From the NCBI RefSeq assembly GCF_009834535.1, contig NC_045696.1, forward strand, positions 87,422,001 to 87,486,000: a stretch of 64,000 nt of DNA, in the 5' to 3' direction. Positions 53,506 to 64,000 of the stretch are shown piece after piece. This DNA comes from Camelus ferus (Eukaryota). The stretch's first letter is position 1. Each line of letters begins with the position of its first letter. The position numbers and the translations under genes are program-made. A model generated the notes under the pieces. That model made no database searches and was not told the origin of the DNA. It worked only from the letters and a program-made list of their open reading frames with translations.

Positions 53506-56199
53506 TAAGTGTTACAAGCTACCTCCTTTATTTTTCTAAAGCTTCTGAAGTCAGACTTCTACTTTAGTCTCCACTTTCACCTGAATAAACTATGATAATG
53601 TTATAAAAGCCCTAGTTTGTCCAAAAGCAAGAATTCTTGCTGAGATTCTCCACTTGTTGAAATTTTACCCTTCCAGATCTAAGGGGGTCCTGCTGTATTT
53701 TCCCTGTTCAAAGCAAAGAAGGTGTCAGATGAAGAGCAAAATCACAGAAGACTTCAGATAAAGGAAGAGACTAAAACATGATGCACACAAATACTTCTGT
53801 AAAGATGAATCGTTCCACCTGGTAGAACCCAAATAGGTAAACAAGTAACACAAAATTACCCTGAAACTACTGTGCCATGGACCCAGCTACACGTGGCTTC
53901 ATTCTTTTTACTTCCCAGAATTTGTAGTTTTCTTATCACTTGCTTCTTCTACTAGCAATAATAAATAGAAATCAGTGAAAAGAATCACAGGTCTCATTTT
54001 ATAACTCTTTTCCTCCTAAATCCTCAAAGACAGACTTCTCTTTTCCTGATAAAGAATTTCCCTGAAGAGTTTTAAGAAATCACCTTCTTGCTCAAAAGAT
54101 TTCTTTTTACTCCAATTGCTGTTAACTTTTTCTCCTCTGATTCTTCAAATCGGTGTGTTTTCAATTCAGACTTCTTATCAAGGCACATTATTCCACAATC
54201 TTATTCCTCTATTCCTTTTAACTGTTAAGAGTCCCCGTAGCCCTCCACAGATCTCAACTATGCACCCAAGAGTCACGTTGTTTCAAGTCTGCAAACCTCA
54301 CTGGAGGAATGAAATAATTGCACGTGTGATGCCAGGCACTGTACACACAGTAACATTACATTCCCCAGCCCTCTGAGGGGATAGCGTACAGCTCTGGTGT
54401 AAGTGACTAAAATCAGGTTGTTTCCTTCTTAGATAGCAGAGATCTCACAAAGTTATTGCTCAGGGACTACTGCATAAGGAAGTTGGAGACATGCATTATT
54501 AGCCATTTTCCTCTAGTCTTCTGACACAATCTTATCTCCAAAATTATTTCTAATGTATACCCCATGGAAAGAGTATAACTTCTTAGAAACAAAAAAATTC
54601 CAAAAACATAAATAAAAGGATAAAATAGAAAATACATCCAAGTCAGTTTTGATAAGCTTTTAACTGTCTTACTCAGGTACTAATTAAGACCAAATGTAGG
54701 ATTGCAATATGCTTTATCTTAGTGTTCAATGATTTCTTTCATTGTTATAATACTGGAACACGTTTCACTCAGAATTGACCCAAGTTACTTTTTTCAGGTG
54801 AGACAGATGTTTTAGTCACTTTGAAATTTGAGGTTTTAGAGGAAAGTCAAAAGCCACTTGTATGTCGATTTTTCAATTAATATACTGTTACAGTTAGGTT
54901 AATTACTAAATTAGTTATTCGTACCAAGACAAGAACGAAATTGTCTAATTCTGCCAAAGCTGATAAAACTGACTAAAAACTAAGTGAAATATTATGAATT
55001 TCTCTCTTATCAAACCTGACACTTGACCTTCGAATTCATATCCATTTAATCTAATCATGATGATTCTTTATTTCCTTAATCTTTAGCTTTGGTTCATCAG
55101 AAGACATTGAGAAGTTTGTCAATGACCAAATGGAATTTTATAATTAATAGAAATAGCTTTCAAAGCAATTGTCTTTTAAATATTGTAGCTAAAAATTAAG
55201 AGGACCAATGTTAGATTAATAAATATACATTTATTATTATGCAGCAGGTGTTGCTCTAAGTGCCTAACATATCTTTTGATGAATCCTCAGAGTTACCCTA
55301 GGATGTAAGTCATTATTATCTTCATTTCACAAATAGGAGGGTAAGAATTAGAAGATTAAACAACATGCCTTCATAGCAGACCTGGCATAATCATAAAAGA
55401 GATTCACCCCTGCCCAAGACCATGTTTCTATCCAATATGCTAAATTCTAAATATGAAGAAAACTAATTTTTGTTAAATAATTTGTAGGAGTTCTTTTCAA
55501 AGTCCCAAGGAAATCACTGGTATATTCTAAATCAGAATTCAGTTATCTCAGCAAATACTTTCCTTTTCTATTTTTTGCATTAGCACAAGTCCACCAACTG
55601 ATGCACATGACTACAAGAGTTTCAAGATAAAAGTATATTTTTAGCTTCCATAAATCAGGTATCTAGTGACCAAGTACATAGTGTTTTAAATCCTAAAAGA
55701 ACCATTTAAACATCACTACAGCTCTTATTTAATAGTGCTATATTTTTAAATACAAACTTTAACTGCTTTTGGTGTTTGAACTCAAACTTGAGGGAGTTCA
55801 GTGTATTTACATTTCTAAGACCTGTACACGTAAAATTATAAGACAAAGTTAGAATCACAGGTCTTGTCTCTTAGCCATCACAAATGGGAGCAGATGTAGA
55901 CAAACACTTGTCTCTTTCATTCATTTTGGCTTCAGTCCCGTTTTCTCTAAAAATTCTCTCCAGGGTCTGCATTTGGTTAAGGCCAATAACTGGTTATATT
56001 GTTTTCCTTTATTGTAGGATAGTCATTCTATTTGATTTTCTTCTAGAACAGTTTTTAGTTTTTTTTCAGTTTTAATCTTTTTTATTTAAGTATGGAACAG
56101 TTTTTATTTTTAATTTTAATGAACATAAAGTTAATTTTGATTAAGGTTTCTTTCTCTAATTATTGCAGCTTATATGGAAATAAGAAAAATCACTGATGA

Positions 56200-57240
56200 A
56201 TATTAGTAAAGATTTAAATTGTAATAACAATGATGCAGTAAACTAAATTAGAAGAAAAGTGACAGATTGGGAGTACTTGCAATACCCAAAATGGTGGCAA
56301 AATATAACATATATGAAGAGTACCAAGAAATTAATAAGGAAACACTAGAGAGCTTAAGAAAAATATGCAACAGATAAAAACCAACGAACTCACAGCAGGG
56401 GAAACATAAATGACCAATAAATATATAAAAATATTATTTCATAAAGAATCAAGAATACAATATTAAAGTGACAAATATTTTTTAACATTTATGTTTCAAA
56501 AATGAATAGACTGATAATATCTGGTATAGGTGAGATTTGGGGGAAATGTCCTATTTAACTTTCAAATTGCCAAAATAAAGAGACTTATAATATATATAGC
56601 ATTGGTGAATTTTGAGGAAATCATTAGTCTCATACCTTGTGAAACTGTGATGGAAACTGGACATCTTTGGAGGGCATTTAGTAAATGTAAACTAAATGTA
56701 AAACACCAATTTTTCCTAAAATTTAAACATGGGCAAAAATTTTAATTGTTATATAATTTACATAACATAGAAAAATACTAGCATATATTCACAATGAAAC
56801 ACAAGAAAATCATTACATCACTATTTTATGAGTACACTGTATTAATAAACAAAATGTTAAACAAATACTAGGAAGTGCTTCTAACAAAAGAAATCAATCT
56901 AAATAGATATGGAAGCTCTCCAAGACATTTTAAGAGTTAAAGCCAATAATTAGAACTATATGTAAAATATAAAACTATATTTATATATAGATTTATCTGT
57001 ATATAGTACACATATTTATGTTTATAGTTATAGATATATAGATCTATACTATTTATAGATCCGTATTTATAGATATAGATACTTTATATAAAATCTACTA
57101 TATATAGATACATGTCTACATATAGATATAGAGATACAGACATATATTGATTATGTGGATGAGCTTTTCTTTCTGATTTGAGATTTTAACAAAATAATTT
57201 ATTCATATATTCTTTATGTAATAAATATTTAAAATGAACA
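56200..57240 (+). mobile_element. Degenerate L1ME 3' region with AT low-complexity tract
   Basis: aagtgacagattgggag, taaatgaccaataaatatataaaa, agactgataatatctggtataggtgag. Confidence 0.55.
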
Positions 57241-58041
57241 AGACAAAGAAAGATAATGCTTGTTAAGTTTATTAAAAATAATGATCTTATTTATTTTTTC
57301 TTTTAAGTAGAAGGGTTTTAGAATGACATACAAAAGTTCTCATAATGAAATTCATTCTAAATTGTTTTAAGAAAGAGGAAATGTATTTAGATTGATTTTT
57401 TTCAATTTCTTCAAATATTATTACTTTTTTTTAGACTAATATATACTTTTTAGTCATCAGAATTTGTGAGAAACTGGTGCTAAGAAAGAGGATGCAAGAT
57501 GTTTGCATTTGACAGTCTTCAATCCTCTCTCAGATGTGCCTGAAGTCAATGAGCCAATGTTTCTGCCTTGTTATGTTCACTACCCTCAGCTCAGTAGGGT
57601 TATTTCAATAACACATCAAAGAAGAAGATATGCTTTTGCCTTAAGTTTAACATACCCATCTCCTTCTTTAGATACATTGAAGTCCTTGAAGGCAATGGAT
57701 TTCAAACTTATTTTGACAAATTGAATCATCAGGGAAATTTCTTTACAATGTAGTTATTTGGAAATTCTAACTCAAACTCTGTGGTGGCTTCAGCAGTCAA
57801 TCAATCAGTCAATAATGTGTGTGTGGGTGTGTGTTTCTGGAAGATAGAAAGATATATAAACTTAAGAGATGCCCAGGTAATTTTGACTGATGTATTAGAT
57901 CTTAAAATCATTCACATTTTCTAGAAACGTTGAATATAATGTGTGTAAGTCAACTTATGCTATTTTTCTTCAGAGTTTAAATATACTACTGCTTGAGAGG
58001 ATGTTTTTGAAATTGTATATTGGGATCTATATTTTAGTGGT

Positions 58042-58355
58042 TGTTATGAGTTGAATTGTATGTCCAAAAAAAGATATGTTGAAATCCTAACACACCCCTG
58101 CCCCCTACCCAGGTACCTGTGAATATGACTTTATTTGGAAACAGGATATTTGCATATATAATCAAGTTAAGATGTGGTCATTAGGGTTGCCCCAGAGAAA
58201 CACAGACATACAGTGAGAAGACAGCCACATGAAGACAGAGGCAAAGATTACAATTAATGATTCCACAAACCAAGGAATGCCTGGGCCATCAGAAGCTGAA
58301 AGAGACAAGGAAGGATCTCCCCCAGAGACTTAGTAATTATCATGGCCCCAGGCAT
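58042..58355 (+). mobile_element. MLT1B/C MaLR LTR, partial
   Basis: tgttatgagttgaattg...gactttatttggaaacagg...ccaaggaatgcctgggccatcagaagctgaaagagacaaggaaggat. Confidence 0.88.
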
Positions 58356-59424
58356 AGTAAATGGATCCTCATTTTCAACTGAATTCAGTAGAGAAGACAC
58401 TATGGGGGTTACTTCTGTCTTTTCCAACTCTTTCCTCTTATCCTCAAACTCTTTACCTTAAACTCTCTAAGTTCTTTACTACATCTGAACTGAAGAGAGT
58501 TTACAATCAATTCCACGTGAATTTGAGGTTTTTCCACATCGTGAAATCTGGACCATTTAACAAGCATGAGACTTCTCTAATCTTCAGCTTTCTCATATAT
58601 CATATATCTTTAATAATGTGCATTTCAGAGTGTTTTTGGACATTTAGGAAGAATGTATAAGAGGGCATGGCATTGTGTCTGGAAAATAGAAAGCCCATAA
58701 TATAGACCAACTATTGGTAACAGTCTCCATTCTAGAACTTCTTTTCTGATACTTTCTAGTTTCTTCTATTTTCATCTGTCCAAACCACTTACAAATTCAT
58801 ATCCCATTTGAATACTGACATTAGTGTTAATCAAATATTTTGACCATGATCCACGCTTAGAAATATATTTCACAATGTAACTGAGTTGACAATTGTACTC
58901 AACTTCAACTTTTGGCCAAAAGCGATGTTTTGGCTTTGGCTTCAGCATTCAGAAGGCCAAATAAAAATGTACACTTCAGTGTAATTTTTGGCAAATACAT
59001 GTTTTAGCCTGTGTGTGATTATGATTATACGAGTGCATGCACACACTATCTATCCATATATATATTTACACATAAATGTATAAATAATTATATAATTAAA
59101 TACATATTATGTAATTGTATTTACATATATTTACATAGTATGTAATTATATAATTGCATACCCATGCATTTGTAACAATATAACAATTACAACAATGTAA
59201 GTAATACAAAAAGACAGGTCACGAGGACTCCCTTAGCTTCACTCAGCTAAATCAGTATCCATCTTGAAACAGTATAAAACTTTATCTGGTCTCTTCTTTT
59301 CATATTTCCTTAGAAAAAACTGTGTTCTTTGTCTTGGGAGCTCATCTTTTCATGTATCCCTAGTACAGAAAGTTCTTTCCTCCTTATGTTACTATACAAT
59401 ATCTCGACTGTTAATAATTACATA

Positions 59425-59880
59425 ATTACCTATTGTTGCATAACAAACCATCTACAGCATAGTGGCCTAAAATGACAATGTATCATTTCTCATCTTTCTG
59501 CAGGTTAGCTGGGTGATTCCTGTGCTGCTTTAACCTGTGCTCAGTCATGTGACCCTGTTCAGCAGGAATGTTAGTTTGGCTAGAAAGGGTCAAGATGGCC
59601 TCCTTTACATGTCTGCCAGTTTGTACTGGCTGGCTGCCAAGGAGTCTCGGTTCTCTTACATCTGTCTTCTCATCCTCCAGTAAGCTAGCCTGGCTTCAGA
59701 GTGGCATCCAAGAGGGTAAAAGTGGAAACTGCAAAGCCTCTTTAGACATGAGCTCTAGAACTCACAGGGCTGCTTCTGCTACCTTGTACTGTTCAGAGCA
59801 AATCACAAGGGTATCCTAGATCCAAGGGGGGAGGAGAAATAATACTATCTTCTGATGAGAAGAGTGAACAAAATACAGTT
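59425..59880 (-). mobile_element. MLT1J/K-like MaLR LTR
   Basis: ctattgttgcataacaaaccat...agtggcctaaaatgacaa; gggtcaagatggcctc; agcaaatcacaagg. Confidence 0.75.
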
Positions 59881-61339
59881 GAACTAACACAAGTCATCAC
59901 CTTTAACTACCAGGGTATCTTTGCTATCCCATTGACCAAGAAAGGCTAATTTTCAAGCAAATTCTAGGAAGGTGTTAGAGTGCAACAACAAAAGGCTAAG
60001 TGACCTTGAATTAATAATTCTCTAAATTCCTGCTGTGCCTACAGAAACCAAGCAAAATGCTTAGAATCTGGGAATACAGAGATAATTAAGATATTTCCTA
60101 GTTGTAATGGCAATTACAGCAAATTCAAAATAAACAGATGTGTTAAATACAGTGAAGTAATGTATAAGAGGTTAAAGTAAAGGGAAGGTGTTTAATTTTT
60201 TTGATGTACACAAGCATTTATTTTTAATAAATTCAGCACACTGAAGCAAAACTTTTTTAGGAACATTTTTGTGCTAAAATAAAGCTTCTCCATGAGTCAA
60301 AAATACGTTGCATTATAAAGCAAAAATATTCCAAGTGTCAAAGATAAATCTTTAAAATATATCAAATGCACTTTGCTATTATGAGAAGTTTGTAAATGGA
60401 TGAACTCATTTTGAAAAATATCATGTAATGTAAAAATTACCTATTAGGATATATGATAGTTCTATCATATTAAATATTTTGATATCTCAAAATTTAAAGA
60501 CAATCTATTTAATTATCATAAAATCACTATTTTTTTCTAGAGTCATTCTTCAAATTATAATCAATGTCTGAATATCAGGGACCTGAAAGAGCAAAAATTT
60601 AGGTTTAATACAGGCAGTATAAGCCAATACATCTGGAGACGTTAAGAAGTATTCATGCAGTTGTAAATGTTTTGCCATTTATCTGCTAGCCTGAATCAAG
60701 TATACATGTATTCATCAAGCTTTAGTTCAATAATATTTATTGAGTGACAACTACTTCATGTTATTGAAGCAATCTAAAAATTCTGACATGCAAAGCATGA
60801 TTTGGAAAATTATAAGTTATATAATATTTGTAAATTGGCTTATAAAAGCTAAATGTTCCATATCCTTACATTTATTCCTTTAATGGCTAGAAAAGACATT
60901 TCTGTATTATTTGTTTCATATATTTTAGACTCAGCCTTAATTATTATTTAATGATATTTTGGTTTTTAAGTAGTTTCCAACATGATATTTAGCTTACTAG
61001 TCCATTCAAAATCTACTGTAAGTTGTTTCTCTACTTTTTCTGATAGCTAAAAAAATATATAGTTGAATTAAAAAAAAAAAACAACTACAAATTTTCTGAC
61101 CTTACCCAAAGGGAATACTACTTTAATAAAAATTTTTCTTGTGCAATGAAATACTTTTCCAGTTATGCTAAGTAATGTGTTATCTGCATAATGAGGAAAA
61201 ATATAGAGCACAAGAAGTTATTAGAAATTTTACACTGTGCTTTGTTTCCAAATAACATCGTTAACACCTTCTTTCATACTTCAGTGATGATTTCACACAT
61301 CGAGGTAGTATAGTGTCAATGAGAGCCAAAGCAAATAGA

Positions 61340-62330
61340 CTATTATTTGAGGGTGCAATTCAAGTGAGAAATTAGGAACTCTGGGAGTTCAGAAAACCTG
61401 ATGGAATACAGTCCTTGGCACCTACCGAGTATTAGTCACTTTAAACATGTGCTTGGGAAGCAGATGTTGAGCCAGAGTTAAATGTCCAGAAGGCTGACTG
61501 GTAAGTAGCACTTACAGGAGGAAAGGGAGGAAGCAGAATTGGGAAGAGGAGCTGTCCCACTGAGATGTGCTGAGAACACCTCTGCCTGCCCAGGAAGATG
61601 CTACAGAGCAAAGACTGCATGTGAGAGACATTCCCTGTTGGGCACAAAAGCCAAGGCCCTTGAACCACATCCTTGCCTATTACTGAATGGGGACCATCCT
61701 GTGAATAGGGGACCTCTGATCAAAAGTCAGGGCACACCATGACAACACCAACTGAAGGCTGACCACTAACCTTGCTCACTGCAGCTAGGCAAGTCAGTGT
61801 CTTGACACACAGATGTTCCTTCTTTTCTAGTCTCTTCTCCTTGACATCCATTAGCCAAGAATCCTCCTTGCTTTAAGGATCCTTTCGGGTGGCTCCTCTG
61901 CAACTCAACTGTAAATTTGATTTAGTTCTGGCCCTCATTCCTTCCAGGTCTAGGTGAAATATTTTATTCATAAGTTTATATATTATCTACATACTGAGGA
62001 TATTCTTTCTTAGCACCACCTCTGGAATCTGAGACTCCTCCACAGAGCTCACGTTGTGACCAATGTTTCACCTGAAAACAACTATGGGAACCCCTGGACC
62101 CACTCTCCAAGTATGCCCCTCCCCTAGTATTGTAAACTACTGTTCCAGTCAGAAACATGAGGCATAATAACTGCTTCTTCCTCACCAAACCCCCACGTAC
62201 ATTCAGTTCAATAAGACCTCTTTGGCTCTGTCTCAAATCAACTATCCATTTCCCTTCTCCTCCACTGACAGTATGCTGGTTCAAGAAAACATGATCTCTC
62301 CCCTAAACTGCAAACAGGTTATATTGTTTG
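61340..62330 (-). mobile_element. Old ERVL/MaLR LTR with adjacent internal remnant
   Basis: GC-elevated LTR-like block (61340-61790) followed by ERVL-internal-like sequence; subfamily not identified. Confidence 0.4.
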
Positions 62331-63149
62331 GTTTCTCTGATATCAGGTTTATCTTCTCATCCTAGTCTCCACAAAGCTATACAGGATGATTGTTCTTATC
62401 TTGCTTGATATCCTTTCACTGTTTTCACTTGCACTTGAGAAAACAAATCAGTTAGCGTCACCCAATAGTCTCTGCTTGATCAAGAACAGCCTGTCTCAAA
62501 TCTCATCTCCTACCCCACTATGGACCAGTTACATTGGCTTTCTTTCAGTTCTTTGTGTCAGTCACCTCAGGACTTCTACTCAGAACAGAAAATCAGTAGA
62601 CCTGTGTACGCCCACCACTGACATGCTAGCTATGTGTAAGTGAACAGATCACTTAGTCATATTTTGAACTTTATTTTTCTCATCTGTAAAATACCTTCTT
62701 CACAGAAGAGTTGTATGATCTTACATAGATACTATAGGAAAATGTGCTCTACAAAATTAAATCTCTAAAAAAGAATACGCATTACACATGACTGTATTCT
62801 GCACTCTTGGAAGCCTTGATAAAGAGACAATTTTTAATATCTCAGTGGACTTGGAAAAAAACAACTCTGGATAGAAATGGATAGATTAGTTTTGTCATAT
62901 ATATTAATGATTGAAAGTGAATAATTCTTGTTCATAGATTTAAAAGATACCAGGAGAAAAGCCTCTGTAAATGTTTAGACTTAGCAAAGAATACTTTATA
63001 TAGAGGACTCTAAACCGAGACAAGACAGAATTATGTCAGGAAATATACAATATAGAGGAAGTGGTTATCCACTCTCAAAATCTGTAGGGTAACCAGAAAA
63101 ACAGCCTGTCAGCTGGTCTGTGGGGCAGTGTGGCATCCTTCTGTTATAA

Positions 63150-64000
63150 AGAAAATACCCCTTCAGACTGAAGAAATTTCCTGAGCATTTCTTAGAGAGA
63201 GGGTGTGCTATCACTGCATCCTCTTACTTTCTTTCCTTCATCTATCAGGTCTTTATTTTGCTGTCATTACTCAAGGATATTTTTTTGGTGTGTATGGAAT
63301 TCTGGATTGACACTTCTTTTCTTTCAGAACTTTAAAGAGGTTGTTTCACTATACGTATTTTTTTGAGAAATTTTCAGTCATTTGAATTGTTGTTCATATA
63401 TATATTTTTTACTGTTTGCAAGACTTATTTTCCTTATCTTTGATATACAGTGTATGTGTGATATGTCTGAGAATAGTTTTCTTTGATTTTATGCTGTTTG
63501 ATTTTCACTAATTTTCTTGAATCTGTATATTTGTCTTTTGAGGGGAGTTACTAGCTGTTTTCTAAAAAAAAAAAAAAAAAGGAGTTTTTCTGCATTAATA
63601 TACTTCTCTCTTTCTGAAACTCCCATGGACACTGAGGCTCTGTTCACTTGTTTTCTATTTTTTTCTCTGCTCTTCAGCTTGGATGATTTCTAGTGACATA
63701 TCATGAAGTTAGCTGACTTTTTTCTATTATTGCCATTCTGCTATTGAGCCCTTTCAGAACAAATTTTTATTTCAGATACTGTGCTTTCCAGTTCTAAAAC
63801 TGCCATTTGGTTCCCATTTACAGTTTCTATTTTTCTCCTGAAATATATCTTTCCATTCATTTCAAGAGCTTTTACTCTTATATTACAGAGCATGGTTAAA
63901 GCTGCCTTAAAGTTTATGTCTGATGATTCCTGTATTTGATCCATCGTGAGCTGGCATTTGTTCATTTGGGAGAGGCCCAGAATGGGCACTTTTAATAAGC
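63150..64000 (-). mobile_element. Old L1M ORF1 region, antisense
   Basis: aggctctgttcacttg, gccattctgctattgagccc, cttaaagtttatgtctgatgattcc; the minus-strand ORF ...VLELESTVSEIK is L1 ORF1-like. Confidence 0.8.

Noticed and set aside
1..64000. CRISPR arrays, operons or prokaryotic defence systems
   Set aside because: The sequence is mammalian nuclear DNA, with no regularly spaced repeats or long intact ORFs

Overview
AT-rich, repeat-dense mammalian nuclear DNA, most likely camelid. The evidence is a Vic-1-type tRNA-derived SINE, camelid-style L1 3' ends and a camelid-like mitochondrial insert. Most of the window is decayed transposable elements: L1, L2, MIR, MLT/ERVL/ERV1 LTRs, and hAT-Charlie and Tigger DNA transposons. 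Almost all ORF-track entries are spurious or repeat-derived. The clearest non-routine signal is a 309-bp NUMT of mitochondrial ATP6 (8113-8421, minus strand) wedged between a truncated L1 and an MLT2 LTR. Two less certain signals are (i) a phase-consistent chain of six small + strand exon candidates (2631-17541, including 20-nt and 9-nt microexons) that would encode the C-terminus of a gene I cannot name, and (ii) an unexplained CpG-retaining, coding-like segment at about 23940-24610. I see no CRISPR array, rRNA or prokaryotic system, and I cannot confirm a novel biological system from sequence alone. Repeat family names are from recall of consensus sequences, and boundaries are approximate unless TSDs are given.
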